A stretch of DNA of 64,000 bases from Bacteroidota bacterium (GTDB lineage: Bacteria; Bacteroidota; Ignavibacteria; Kryptoniales; JAKASW01), in the NCBI GenBank assembly GCA_021812985.1, contig JAKAMG010000020.1, positions 712 through 64,711 of the forward strand. Direction: 5' to 3'. The position numbers and the translations under genes were made by a program. The notes below the pieces were generated by a model. That model worked only from the letters and a program-made list of their open reading frames with translations. It did no database searches and had not been told where the DNA came from. Positions 37,847 to 48,256 of this stretch are shown here, piece by piece; the stretch's first letter is position 1; the number at the start of each line of letters is the position of its first letter.

Positions 37847-40306
37847 CTATCTCTCAATCCACGATTTCAATTTAAGCGCAAAATCGGGAGCGGAAATCAG
37901 CCAGCCGTTCTGATATTCTGCGGCATACACTCTTTTCTGACTCCTCATCGCGGCAGGAGCGCGGAGACCTTTTGCCACTTCCCAAGTGCTGTCGGTGGAG
38001 AGCGTATCCTCCCCTACCAGTGCAAACAAATTGCACCCTGCTGAGCCGTTGCGATCAAAGTTGGACGATTGAATGACAAATTCATTCTTTCCCTTCTTCA
38101 GGAACTTCGAGATGTTGAAGACTTTGACGCGCTTCATCTCTACGTTCCAGGTCAACGTGCGACGGGCTTTCACCTCTCCTACAAACTTGCCATTGACGTA
38201 AAGCTTGCAGTACGTGTCTCCAATCAGCTGAGCTTCAGCTGACTCCGGTATGGAACCAAGCTCCAGCACTTTCAAAAACGTGGCAGAGTCCACCTTGTTA
38301 TTTCCTGGTTTGTAAGGGCGGCTTTCCGGATAATATATGAATGATGAAGGAAGCACCTGCGCGAAGCCAGCGTTACCGGCAAGCATTTGTTCCGTGCCAG
38401 CCTTCAGCGCTGCAGCCTGCTCATCAAACCTTGTTTCGATAAGCTGGAGCATGGGGCGGCGATTGGTCCCGAGATAGGCTTTTACGTAATCCCGCCTAAT
38501 CTCCGAAAGTGACCGCAGTAGTCTATCCCTGATCTCGCTTATTTCCTTGGACTTCACTTGTGGAGACAACAGACTATCTCCGGCAATACTCCTCATCCTG
38601 GCAACTCCGCTCACTCTGTCAGCCCAGTAAAGATTCATCCTTGCCACAAGATTGTAAAGAGTGAGTATCGAGCCTTCGGCTTTAGCCTCCCTCCGGGCCG
38701 GGGACACAATGTCGATCACCTGTGGCATCACAGCCCTGATGCTCTCAACGCGAAGAGGCGTGTCGGCAGTTCGCGGGTCCAGAAATGGCGCCCGCCAGAA
38801 CTCGTACCATGTAATCTGATTGTTTGTCGAGCTAAGGAGGTCGTATGCAATCCTCGGGAGCTGAGACTTGGTGCCGAAAAACTGCCTGAAGAAGATCTCT
38901 TCGAAACGGGCCGGATCGCCCCCCTGTGGATTCCATGCGCATTCCGCGCCCCAGGCGTACCCGGGATAATTGAGTTCGCGCAGCTCGGCGGCCCCGTTGT
39001 CATTCCACGTGGAGACGATTACCCCGCCCGCCCCCGCTTCGTATCCCTGCCTCGTGAAGTTCTGTATGTTCGCGTAACTATTGTAGAAATTTGGGAAGGG
39101 TCCGGTAAAATTCCAGACTGCTGGGCAAACGACTAAGTTGAATCCAGCGTCTCTGAACACTTTGATGCTCGGATAATTAAACGAAGCGCCGTAATGCCAG
39201 TCTACGATGGTTATATCCTTCGGAATTTCGGACAGTATCTGGGGATTCTCCAGTATTATATCCCCGTACATCATCACTTTCTTGCCGAGTGACTTCAGCA
39301 GGTTGTACAGTTTCAGATAGTATTGCGCGTGCGCTTCGGCCATTCCAACTGAATCGACAAGCGACTTGCTGGCGCCGAGCCCTACGTCGAAGCTTTCGTC
39401 GGCTGCCATGTTGAAGTAGGGGCTGGAAAATGCCGGCGCTATCTCGGAGAGCAAAGTCTTCATGAACTCGTATGCGGAGTCGCTCGAGACATTGAGGGAG
39501 GCCGCGCCCGGAAACTCCGCGTACTTCGCAAATTCCGGCTTCTCCAGCACATCCTCAAGATGTCCGAGTGTCTCAAACACAGGTATGATCTCAACGTGGT
39601 AGAGCTTCGCGTAAGCATCAAGTTCCGCAACCTCTTCCCGGGTCAGTGGGTCTCTCCCCGCGCTGAAATCGGGATACGACTTGAACGCGAACAGGTTCTC
39701 GATATATGGCATGTAAGTGTTCATCTTGTGCATCGCGAGGAATCTGATAATCTGGCGGAAGTTCGCCATCGTTGAGATCTGACCGCGACTGATATCGTCG
39801 CTTATACCCCGCATCCTGAGAGACGGAAAGTCCGCAATCTCTAAAGCCGGTAGAGTGTACCCCCCTTTCCTTTTCTCGACGAGCTGAAGAAACGTGGTTA
39901 CACCATAGAAGATGCCGGCCTTCGTTCTCGATACGATCTCTACCCCTCTTCGCCCGGATGAGAGCACATAACCTTCATCATTGGACAACGCGCTGTCCGC
40001 GACTTCGGCCGGAATGTCAGGATTGACGACCTTGGCCTCCCCGGCCAAACGCAATCTCAAAGACATGGTCTTGCCACCCTTGTCAGGTGATGACGAGATA
40101 CTTCGGCCGAAGAAATGCCTCAGCTCAATGACAGTCGCGGAGTCCTTCGCGTCCGCAGGCATATCGAGCAAAACGTCTCTGAAACTGACTGTATCTCTGC
40201 CAGGCTTCCAGAATTTCGGAGTGGGTAATACGTTGAGCTGTGCCATCAGACTAGCTGCCGGGAACAGGAATAGAAACGATGCTGCAAGGATGAAACGCTT
40301 TCTCAA
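37847..40306 (-). CDS. GH20 beta-N-acetylhexosaminidase with a C-terminal galactose-binding-like domain
   Basis: 819 aa. TTG start with GAGGTG 5 nt upstream; signal peptide RKRFILAASFLFLFPAASLMAQ. GH20 core: RGISDDISRGQI, HKMNTYMPYIE, IPVFETLGHLE. The C-terminal CKLYVNGKFVGEV motif is typical of jelly-roll carbohydrate-binding domains. Confidence 0.8.
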   Translation of the reverse strand: MRKRFILAASFLFLFPAASLMAQLNVLPTPKFWKPGRDTVSFRDVLLDMPADAKDSATVIELRHFFGRSISSSPDKGGKTMSLRLRLAGEAKVVNPDIPAEVADSALSNDEGYVLSSGRRGVEIVSRTKAGIFYGVTTFLQLVEKRKGGYTLPALEIADFPSLRMRGISDDISRGQISTMANFRQIIRFLAMHKMNTYMPYIENLFAFKSYPDFSAGRDPLTREEVAELDAYAKLYHVEIIPVFETLGHLEDVLEKPEFAKYAEFPGAASLNVSSDSAYEFMKTLLSEIAPAFSSPYFNMAADESFDVGLGASKSLVDSVGMAEAHAQYYLKLYNLLKSLGKKVMMYGDIILENPQILSEIPKDITIVDWHYGASFNYPSIKVFRDAGFNLVVCPAVWNFTGPFPNFYNSYANIQNFTRQGYEAGAGGVIVSTWNDNGAAELRELNYPGYAWGAECAWNPQGGDPARFEEIFFRQFFGTKSQLPRIAYDLLSSTNNQITWYEFWRAPFLDPRTADTPLRVESIRAVMPQVIDIVSPARREAKAEGSILTLYNLVARMNLYWADRVSGVARMRSIAGDSLLSPQVKSKEISEIRDRLLRSLSEIRRDYVKAYLGTNRRPMLQLIETRFDEQAAALKAGTEQMLAGNAGFAQVLPSSFIYYPESRPYKPGNNKVDSATFLKVLELGSIPESAEAQLIGDTYCKLYVNGKFVGEVKARRTLTWNVEMKRVKVFNISKFLKKGKNEFVIQSSNFDRNGSAGCNLFALVGEDTLSTDSTWEVAKGLRAPAAMRSQKRVYAAEYQNGWLISAPDFALKLKSWIER

Positions 40307-40402
40307 TAGTACACCTCATGTCATATTTGGCGTTAGCCACCTGGATTAGTGTGGAAGCTGGGTAGGCCCCCGGGACGGCTCAGCGACACGGGGGCACACG
40401 AT

Positions 40403-41551
40403 TCATTTCTGGTCCAGTACTTCTCTTGCAATCACGAGGCGCTGAATCTCCGATGTCCCCTCATAAATTTCAGTAATCTTGGCGTCCCTCAGATACCTTT
40501 CAACCGGGAAATCCTTAAGGTATCCGTAACCGCCGTGTATTTGAATCGCCTCGAGAGCGCAGTCGACTGCCACCTTTGAAGCGAAAAGCTTCGCCATCGC
40601 GGCCTCTTTGGTGAATCGCTCGCCCCTGTCCTTCCTCAAAGCCGCGTTTAATGTGAGAAGGTGTGCCGCCTCAATGTTCGTGTGCATATCTGCAAGTTTG
40701 AACTGTATTGCCTGAAATTCATAGAGGAGTTTGTCAAAGGCCTTCCGTTCCTTGACATACTTCAGCGACGCTTCCAAAGCGGCGCGCGCGATTCCTATAG
40801 CCTGAGAGGCAATCCCAATCCGTCCGCCGTCAAGCGTCATCATAGCGAACTTGAATCCGAAGCCTTCCTCCTTGACGACGTTTTCCTTCGGGACTCTGCA
40901 ATCCTGAAACGTAATCTGTGCGGTGTCTGAGCTTCGTATACCAAGCTTGTGTTCCTTCTTCGAAACGCTTACGCCCTTGAACTTTTTTTCGACGATAAAC
41001 GCGCTGACTCCCTTTGCCCCCTTTGCCCTGTCTGTCGTGGCCATCACGAGTAGTATGTCCGCATTCGACCCGTTTGTGATGAAGTTCTTCGTGCCGTTGA
41101 GGACATAGTAATCACCGTCCCGCACCGCCGTGGTTCGCTGGTTAACTGCGTCGCTCCCGGCCTCGGGTTCCGAGAGGCAGAACGCTCCCAGAAGCTTACC
41201 TGACGCAAGAGGCTTAAGATATTTCTGTTTCTGTTCGGGTGAACCGAACTTTTCGAGCCCCCAGCAGACGAGGGAATTATTTACGCTCATTATCACGCCG
41301 GCTGAGGCATCCGCCCTGCTTATTTCTTCAAGCGCAAGCACGTAGCTTACCGTATCCAGCCCAGCGCCCCCGTCTTCAGCGGGGACCATCATGCCCATGA
41401 AACCAAGTTCGGCCATCTGCTTGATCTGCTCATGCGGGAATTCCTCGCGCTCGTCGCGCTGCGCGGCGCCGGTGGCGAGTTCCTTGTCCGCGAAATCCCG
41501 AGCCGCCCCGCGTATCATCAACTGCTCTTCCGTAAGGTCAAAATCTACCAT
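40403..41551 (-). CDS. Acyl-CoA dehydrogenase (short-chain / butyryl-CoA type)
   Basis: 382 aa. LSEPEAGSD; IHGGYGYLKDFPVERYLRDAKITEIYEGTSEIQ. Confidence 0.9.
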   Translation of the reverse strand: MVDFDLTEEQLMIRGAARDFADKELATGAAQRDEREEFPHEQIKQMAELGFMGMMVPAEDGGAGLDTVSYVLALEEISRADASAGVIMSVNNSLVCWGLEKFGSPEQKQKYLKPLASGKLLGAFCLSEPEAGSDAVNQRTTAVRDGDYYVLNGTKNFITNGSNADILLVMATTDRAKGAKGVSAFIVEKKFKGVSVSKKEHKLGIRSSDTAQITFQDCRVPKENVVKEEGFGFKFAMMTLDGGRIGIASQAIGIARAALEASLKYVKERKAFDKLLYEFQAIQFKLADMHTNIEAAHLLTLNAALRKDRGERFTKEAAMAKLFASKVAVDCALEAIQIHGGYGYLKDFPVERYLRDAKITEIYEGTSEIQRLVIAREVLDQK

Positions 41552-41593
41552 TTCACTCTCCTGTTTTGAGACTGTGAAGGGTCCGCAAAAGTG

Positions 41594-42460
41594 CTACGCG
41601 TTCTTTGCTTCGTACGTGTAGAATCCTCTTCCGGTTTTTCTCCCAAGATATCCTGCTGCCACCATCTTTTTGAGAAGTGGGCAGGGCCTGTACTTTGAAT
41701 CGCCTGTTCCATGAAACAACACGTTCATTATATCAAGACAAACATCAAGGCCGATCAGATCCGCGAGCGCCAGAGGGCCCATCGGATGATTCATGCCAAG
41801 TTTCATCACTGTGTCGATCGCTTCCGGGGTAGCCACGTTTTCCATGGCGCAGAAAATAGCCTCATTTATCATGGGCATCAGTATCCGGTTGGAAACGAAT
41901 CCGGGGTAATCCTGTACCTCCACGGGCACCTTATCCAGCTTGTAGGCCAGATTGCGGACGGCCTCATAAGTCTCGTTCGATGTCACGAGTCCGCGAACAA
42001 TCTCGATCAGCTTCATGACGGGAACAGGATTGAAGAAGTGCATCCCGATCACCTTGTCCGGTCTGGATGTGGCGGACGCGAGATCAGTTATGGAGATGGA
42101 AGAGGTATTACTCGCCAGTATCGCTTCAGGTTTGCAGATGTCTCCGAGTGTATGAAAGACATCCTTCTTGACCTTGATATTTTCGGTGGCCGCCTCAATC
42201 ACGAAGTCGGCATCCCTCACTCCCCCCTCCAGCGACGTGGATTGGGATATCCTCGACAACGCTTCGCTTTTCTGGTCCTCAGAAAGTATGCCCTTGCTTA
42301 CCTGTCTATCCATGTTATGGCGTATGTAGCCCATTCCCCTTTCGACTGCGTCACGCCTAACGTCTATTAGGATTACGCTGAATTTGGAAACGGCAAGCAC
42401 GTGGGCGATGCCGTTCCCCATCGTCCCAGCGCCGATAACTGCTACTTTAGATATGTCCAT
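41594..42460 (-). CDS. 3-hydroxybutyryl-CoA dehydrogenase
   Basis: 288 aa. VAVIGAGTMGNGIA; SNTSS; HFFNPVPVMKLIE. Confidence 0.9.
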   Translation of the reverse strand: MDISKVAVIGAGTMGNGIAHVLAVSKFSVILIDVRRDAVERGMGYIRHNMDRQVSKGILSEDQKSEALSRISQSTSLEGGVRDADFVIEAATENIKVKKDVFHTLGDICKPEAILASNTSSISITDLASATSRPDKVIGMHFFNPVPVMKLIEIVRGLVTSNETYEAVRNLAYKLDKVPVEVQDYPGFVSNRILMPMINEAIFCAMENVATPEAIDTVMKLGMNHPMGPLALADLIGLDVCLDIMNVLFHGTGDSKYRPCPLLKKMVAAGYLGRKTGRGFYTYEAKNA

Positions 42461-42463
42461 TCA

Positions 42464-43636
42464 TCACCTCTCGATTAATACTCCCGTCGCTTCCCCGCCG
42501 CCGATGCAGATGGCTGCAATACCCCTATGCGCATCTCGCCGCAACATGGCATAGAGAAGGGTCGTGAGAATTCTGGCGCCGCTGGCGCCTATTGGATGGC
42601 CTAGTGCGACGGCGCCGCCGTGCACGTCAATTTTATCAGGGTCTAAGTCTAAAATCTGACGCACCGCTAGCGAGACCACCGAAAAAGCTTCGTTGATCTC
42701 GAACAGGTCGATGTCTTCCTTCTTAAGATTCCTCCTGTCGAGGAGTTTCTGGATGACTGTCGCCGGAGCGGTCGTAAACCATTCTGGCGCTTGCGCGCTC
42801 GAGGCCTGTGCCACTATCTTCGCCAGTGGCTTTACGCCGAGTTCCTTCGCCTTTTCCTCGGACATCAGTACAAGCGCCGCGGCACCATCGTTCAGCTTGC
42901 TGGCATTCGCTGCCGTAACCGTCCCGTTCCTGTCAAAGGCCGGCTTGAGCTGCGGCATCTTCTCAAACTTTACCTTGCGCGGCTCTTCGTCCTCCTCAAC
43001 CTGGGCAGCGCCTGTCTTTCCCTGGACCTCGACGCTAAATATCTCGTCTTTGAAGTACCCCTTGTCCATTGCTTCTATTGCACGGCGATAACTTGCTGCC
43101 GCAAATTCGTCCTGAACGTCTCTGGGAATATGGCACTCTCGGGCGCAAAGCTCAGCCGCATTTCCCATATGATAATCGTTGTATACGTCCCAGAGTCCGT
43201 CCTTCACCATGGAGTCGACAACCTTCCCGTCCCCCATCCTGTATCCGGTGCGCGCTTTTTCGAGGAGATAAGGCGCGTTGGACATGCTCTCCATCCCTCC
43301 CGTAACAACCACATCCGCCTCGCCCCCGGCTATTGTCAGTGCGCCAAGCATAACTGATTTAAGTCCGGAGCCGCATACTTTGTTGATAGTCGTGCACGGA
43401 ACGGTGTTTGGGAGACCCGCGAAAATTGCAGCCTGCCGGGCCGGAGCCTGCCCCACTCCCGCCGTCAGAACGCATCCCATAAATACTTCTTCCACCAATT
43501 CGGGACTTATTCCCGAACGCCTCACCGCTTCTCGGATCGCGAGAGAACCCAATCTCGGCGCGGTGAGACTGCTTAACGCCCCCTGAAAGGAGCCAATCGG
43601 AGTGCGACAGGCGCCTGCGATAACGACCTGCCTCAT
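42464..43636 (-). CDS. Acetyl-CoA C-acetyltransferase (thiolase II)
   Basis: 390 aa. INKVCGSGLK (active Cys), NEAFS, GHPIGASGAR, CIGGGEA. Confidence 0.9.
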   Translation of the reverse strand: MRQVVIAGACRTPIGSFQGALSSLTAPRLGSLAIREAVRRSGISPELVEEVFMGCVLTAGVGQAPARQAAIFAGLPNTVPCTTINKVCGSGLKSVMLGALTIAGGEADVVVTGGMESMSNAPYLLEKARTGYRMGDGKVVDSMVKDGLWDVYNDYHMGNAAELCARECHIPRDVQDEFAAASYRRAIEAMDKGYFKDEIFSVEVQGKTGAAQVEEDEEPRKVKFEKMPQLKPAFDRNGTVTAANASKLNDGAAALVLMSEEKAKELGVKPLAKIVAQASSAQAPEWFTTAPATVIQKLLDRRNLKKEDIDLFEINEAFSVVSLAVRQILDLDPDKIDVHGGAVALGHPIGASGARILTTLLYAMLRRDAHRGIAAICIGGGEATGVLIER

Positions 43637-43650
43637 GTGGACCTCCTTTT

Positions 43651-44961
43651 TTAGCTGTTCATTGCCTTAAGGAATTCCTTATTGCTCTTCGTCCCACGCA
43701 TCTTGTCAAGTAAGAAGTCCATCGCATCGACAGGCGAATAATCACTTAGTATCTTGCGCAACACCCAAATTCTGTTGAGTTCTTCAGGAGAAAGGAGGAG
43801 TTCTTCGTGTCTCGTTCCGCTTCTGTTGACATCGATTGCCGGGAAGATTCTCTTGTCCGCGAGCTCGCGAGTGAGAACAACTTCCATGTTGCCTGTACCC
43901 TTGAACTCTTCGAAGATAACTTCATCCATCCTGCTCCCGGTCTCGATCAGAGCGGTGGCGATTATCGTAAGGCTTCCGCCCTCTTCTATGTTCCTCGCCG
44001 CCCCGAAAAATCTTTTCGGCTTGATGAGCGCGTTCGAATCGATACCACCCGATAGTATCTTGCCGCTGTGAGGAACGGTCGCGTTGTATGCCCTGGCCAG
44101 ACGGGTGATACTGTCGAGAAGAATGACAACGTCGTTCTTCGCCTCGACGAGGCGCTTGGCCTTTTCAAGAACCATCTCGGCGACCTGAGTGTGCCTCTGT
44201 GGTTCCTCGTCGAACGTCGAGCTTACTACCTCGGCGTTGACCGACCGCTCCATGTCCGTCACTTCTTCAGGACGTTCGTCGATCAGAAGAACTATCAGCC
44301 TGACGTCGGGATGATTGCGCGTTATGCTGTTCGCTATCTTTTGAAGGAAGATTGTCTTTCCGGCCTTGGGCGGGGACACTATCATTCCGCGCTGTCCCAT
44401 GCCAATTGGGGCGAGAAGGTCGATAATCCTCATCGAGTATTCGCCTGGAACAGACTCGAGATGGAGTTTTTGGTTCGGATAAAGCGGGGTCAGGTTGTCG
44501 AACATAACCCGTTCTCGCGTGAAATCCGGGTCTCTGAAGTTCACACGTTCGACCCTGAGAAGCGCGAAGAATTTCTCTCCCTCTTTCGGAGGGCGAATCT
44601 GCCCGCTAACTGTGTCCCCCGTCATGAGACCAAACTTCTTTATCTGAGAGGGGGAAACGTAGATATCATCAGGGGAGGAAAGGTAGTTATATTTTGGTGA
44701 CCTAAGGAAGCCGTAGCCGTCGCCGTGGACGTCCAGCACTCCAGCGCTGACCGAGATACCCTGTGATTCAGGCTGAGGGGCCTGCGTCGTAGTCTCGGCG
44801 GCCGGAGCCTCCTTGATAACCGCGCTGCTCTGCTTGGCCATTATCTTCAGAATAACTTCTTCTTTCCTCAACCCGCTGTAACCTGGAATCTCAAGATCCC
44901 TTGCCAGCTTGTGCAACTCTGCCACTTTCATTCCCTGCAGCTCTGCAAGATCTACAGTCAT
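43651..44961 (-). CDS. rho: Transcription termination factor Rho
   Basis: 436 aa. N-terminal Rho_N helix, an OB/CSD-like RNA-binding domain, and Walker [13 protein letters not shown]. Confidence 0.95.
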   Translation of the reverse strand: MTVDLAELQGMKVAELHKLARDLEIPGYSGLRKEEVILKIMAKQSSAVIKEAPAAETTTQAPQPESQGISVSAGVLDVHGDGYGFLRSPKYNYLSSPDDIYVSPSQIKKFGLMTGDTVSGQIRPPKEGEKFFALLRVERVNFRDPDFTRERVMFDNLTPLYPNQKLHLESVPGEYSMRIIDLLAPIGMGQRGMIVSPPKAGKTIFLQKIANSITRNHPDVRLIVLLIDERPEEVTDMERSVNAEVVSSTFDEEPQRHTQVAEMVLEKAKRLVEAKNDVVILLDSITRLARAYNATVPHSGKILSGGIDSNALIKPKRFFGAARNIEEGGSLTIIATALIETGSRMDEVIFEEFKGTGNMEVVLTRELADKRIFPAIDVNRSGTRHEELLLSPEELNRIWVLRKILSDYSPVDAMDFLLDKMRGTKSNKEFLKAMNS

Positions 44962-45132
44962 TGAAAACTACCTCCTACGAGATTTTATTACTTTGAAAAA
45001 TATTAAGCTCTTTCCCTGCTCGTGCGCCGTGGCGCACCTGGAAAAAATGTTAATGTGTGATGTATTTACCCTTCATCAGGTTTGATCCGGGGGATCCTTT
45101 GGATTGGGATTCAAAAGAACGGGATGATATGA

Positions 45133-46464
45133 CTACTGGACTTCAAAATTTGTTGTCGATTTCTGAATCAAGGGGAGAACCTCACCCGCCAGGTAGTGGG
45201 ATCCCGTTACCAAAAGAAAACTATCATTATCGGTTTGGCTTAGTGCAGCTCTGAACGCTTCTGAGGAATCATCAAAAATCTGCGACTGTAATTTAACACT
45301 GTCACTCAAATACTTCAAATCTGCAATACCCAGCGAACGGCCTGTCTGTAACTGCGTCAAGATAACACGCGGGAATCTTTCCCGCAAGCGATTCAGCATG
45401 GAAGAGGCATCTTTGTCTTTCATCGCCGCAAACAGTAGAACCCCCTTCCGACTGCCCGGGATGACTTTCAGGCTCTCAAGAAGGGCTTCTATCCCATGGG
45501 GATTGTGCGCAACATCAAGAATTATCAGCGGCACCTTTGAAACGACATCGAGCCGTCCGCGGTGTCCCGTGTTCTTCTTCACGCCTGAGAGACCGGCGTA
45601 TACTGCTTCTTTTGAGACACGTACTCCCCCGCTTTCCATAACGTGGAGTGCGGCCAGTGCCGTCAGCGCATTCGAAACTTGGTGCTTCCCTCCCATGCCT
45701 ACCTTAAGAGAATCGAGCTTCTGCCCGAAAACAGTGGCATCGAAATCGCATCCCTCAATACCTGCATGGACGTTCTCCGCAAAAGCGATGTCCTCTACGA
45801 ATGACAGTTGCGAATTCCGTGAAGCCGCGGCATCAGAAAACACCTTCCTGAGTGAAGGTCCGCTCACATTGACTACGGCCGGGCGTCCCGGCTTTATTAT
45901 GCCGGCCTTCTCGGATGCAATTTTCTCAAGCGTATTCCCGAGAATATCCGTATGATCCAGCCCTATCCCGGTGATAACTGAGACGAATGGGTCAACGATA
46001 TTTGTGGCGTCAAGCCTCCCGCCAAGTCCCGTCTCGATCACGGCTACATCGACCCCTTCGTCAGCAAAATACTTGAACATCATCGCGGTAGTCGTCTCAA
46101 AAAAAGTGGCTCGCAACCCGATTGCCTCCTCACGGAAGTAGTCGGACAGCGATGCCGCTCTCTCCTCGGTGATTTGAACACCGTTGATTTTGAAACGCTC
46201 GGTAAAACTGAGGATGTGAGGAGAGGTGTATAATCCGACTTTATGGCCGTTCGACATGAGCACACTGGCAAGCATGGCACAGGTACTTCCCTTGCCATTT
46301 GTCCCCGCGACATGTACCACCTTCAGGCGTCTGTGCGGATCGCCGGCAAATTCCATCAGAGCGAGGATGTTTGTCAGATCCATTTTGATGCCGAATTTCT
46401 CGAGCTCGAAGAGGAACTCGATTCCGTTCTTCTGAGGTACGGCGCGCCGGTTTTCGTTGTTCAC
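45133..46464 (-). CDS. folC: Folylpolyglutamate synthase / dihydrofolate synthase
   Basis: 443 aa. HVAGTNGKGST P-loop; Mur-ligase fold. GTG start (cac at 46462-46464). Confidence 0.9.
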   Translation of the reverse strand: MNNENRRAVPQKNGIEFLFELEKFGIKMDLTNILALMEFAGDPHRRLKVVHVAGTNGKGSTCAMLASVLMSNGHKVGLYTSPHILSFTERFKINGVQITEERAASLSDYFREEAIGLRATFFETTTAMMFKYFADEGVDVAVIETGLGGRLDATNIVDPFVSVITGIGLDHTDILGNTLEKIASEKAGIIKPGRPAVVNVSGPSLRKVFSDAAASRNSQLSFVEDIAFAENVHAGIEGCDFDATVFGQKLDSLKVGMGGKHQVSNALTALAALHVMESGGVRVSKEAVYAGLSGVKKNTGHRGRLDVVSKVPLIILDVAHNPHGIEALLESLKVIPGSRKGVLLFAAMKDKDASSMLNRLRERFPRVILTQLQTGRSLGIADLKYLSDSVKLQSQIFDDSSEAFRAALSQTDNDSFLLVTGSHYLAGEVLPLIQKSTTNFEVQ

Positions 46465-46529
46465 TCTAAATGCCTGATGAAATCACTAATCTGATGAGAT
46501 GTTAATCACAACTTTCGCTTGAGAAAGGC

Positions 46530-47477
46530 TCAGCCCCGATTCATGTGTGGAACGTTTTGGAGGTTAACGTCCAGGCTTCCCCGTAGCTCAGCTATGGAGC
46601 CGAAGTGGCTGTCAGCAAGGTACTCGCTTATCCCCTTCACCATTTCAACCGGCGCGTCAGGTTTTGCGAAGAGCACCGTGCCAATTTCCACCGCGGTCGC
46701 CCCCGCGATTATGTATTCCACGACATCCTGCCAGGCAAACACACCACCGCTAGCCACGACCGGGATTTGCACGGACTTCGAAACCTCAAACACCTTCGCC
46801 ATCGTGAGAGGCCTGATGGCAGGCCCGGAAAGTCCTCCCCTTACGGTATGCAACTTCGGCCTGCGAGTGTAAATATCTATAGCCATCCCGACGTAAGTGT
46901 TTGCCACCGTGACTGCATCAGCACCTTCTGCTTCGGCGGCCCTAGCAAAGTCGCTTATCCTCGTGACGTTGGGGGTGAGCTTGACGATGATCGTTCGCCC
47001 GAAGACTTTCCTAACCATCTTGACGATTGTGGAGAGAGCCTTGACGTCAGTACCGAACTCCATCCCGCCTTCTTTCACGTTCGGACATGAAAGATTAAGC
47101 TCGACGGCCCTCACGGATTCCTTCCCAGCAAGCAATTCAGCCAGCTCCGCGTAGTCTTCAGCACGCTTCGCCGCTATATTTGCAATGACTAAAGCATTCA
47201 GCTTTTCCAGCAGTGGCAGCTTCTCTTCTATGAATCTCCGCACTCCTATGTTAGCCAGACCGATTGAATTGAGCATGCCCGAGGAGACCTCGGCCACCCG
47301 CGGCGGTTCATTGCCAATCTTTGGCTTAAGTGTTAAAGACTTTGTGACTATGGCCCCGATCATCCCAACGTCAAAGTACCCGGACAACTCCTCGCCGTAG
47401 CCGCATGTGCCGGATGCGGTCATGAGCGGGTTCTTCAGTTCGACCTTTCCCAGTTTTACACTTAACTCAGGCTTCAC
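46530..47477 (-). CDS. pyrD: Dihydroorotate dehydrogenase, class 1B catalytic subunit
   Basis: 315 aa. LKNPLMTASGT, NLSCPN, GGLSGPAI, ASGGV. GTG start in a GTGA overlap with the pyrK stop. Confidence 0.9.
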   Translation of the reverse strand: MKPELSVKLGKVELKNPLMTASGTCGYGEELSGYFDVGMIGAIVTKSLTLKPKIGNEPPRVAEVSSGMLNSIGLANIGVRRFIEEKLPLLEKLNALVIANIAAKRAEDYAELAELLAGKESVRAVELNLSCPNVKEGGMEFGTDVKALSTIVKMVRKVFGRTIIVKLTPNVTRISDFARAAEAEGADAVTVANTYVGMAIDIYTRRPKLHTVRGGLSGPAIRPLTMAKVFEVSKSVQIPVVASGGVFAWQDVVEYIIAGATAVEIGTVLFAKPDAPVEMVKGISEYLADSHFGSIAELRGSLDVNLQNVPHMNRG

Positions 47478-48253
47478 GGTTTCATCTCAAATGAAATTTC
47501 GGTGGATCTGAAGACGGGACCGTCCTTGCATGCGAGATAGTAGTCACCGTCGCCTGCATTTCTGACCGGACATCCCTGGCACAGCCCCATTCCGCAAGCC
47601 ATCGGCGTTTCGACCGACAGATATGTCTCGACGCTGACTCCAACTTCTCTCTGAAGCGCGACGAGCATCGGCGTCGGACCGCAGGCAAAAACGACACCGC
47701 TGGAATCGCCATCGATTTTCTTCTTCAGGAGCTCGACGACATTGCCGTGAAAGCCTTCAGAACCGTCGTCGGTGGCGTGGTTGACATTCTCCACTCCGTC
47801 AAATTTGACGAGCTGGCTCCCGGTCCGCGCGCCGTAGTAGAAATTTATCGAGGCCCCTCGACTCTTTGCAGTTCTATCGAGGATTGGAATGAGCGCTGCG
47901 CCCGAACCGCCGACGACAACATGAAAGGTCTTTTGTCCGCTCATGTTCGGAAAGCCCTTGCCGAGTGGACCATTGAAAACCATCGGGTCACCCGGAAGAA
48001 GCTTTGAGATCCGCCTTGTCCCTTTTCCCACGGCTACATATAGGAGCGAAACGGAATCCTCAAACGCGTCGCACACAGAAAACGCTCGAGGCAGAAGAGG
48101 ATCCGTGCTCTCCGGAAAGGATACCATCACGAACTGACCCGCCTTCACGTTGCGTGCGATGGAGGGCGCTTTGACTTTCGTGACGAAGGTGCCCTTCGCT
48201 ACCTCTCTGGTTTCAATTACGGTAACAGTTTCCAGAAAGCTGGTCGTCGGCAA
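47474..48253 (-). CDS. pyrK: Dihydroorotate dehydrogenase electron-transfer subunit
   Basis: 259 aa. FNR-like fold plus the C-terminal 2Fe-2S motif ACGMGLCQGC. The only in-frame canonical start is TTG at 48253, so the start is uncertain. Confidence 0.85.
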   Translation of the reverse strand: MPTTSFLETVTVIETREVAKGTFVTKVKAPSIARNVKAGQFVMVSFPESTDPLLPRAFSVCDAFEDSVSLLYVAVGKGTRRISKLLPGDPMVFNGPLGKGFPNMSGQKTFHVVVGGSGAALIPILDRTAKSRGASINFYYGARTGSQLVKFDGVENVNHATDDGSEGFHGNVVELLKKKIDGDSSGVVFACGPTPMLVALQREVGVSVETYLSVETPMACGMGLCQGCPVRNAGDGDYYLACKDGPVFRSTEISFEMKP

Positions 48254-48256
48254 AAT

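Noticed and set aside
40366-40395. Stem-loops without T-tracts: GCCCCCG/CGGGGGC (40366-40395); CGGTTCA/TGAACCG (50289-50312); GCCACG/CGTGGC (59613-59639); CGAGATC/GATCTCG (24136-24158); GTGCGC/GCGCAC (about 45030-45045).
   Set aside because: The stems are short (6-7 bp), often with long loops and no U-tail on the relevant strand. They could be RNA-processing or Rho-dependent sites, but I cannot support a terminator or ncRNA call.
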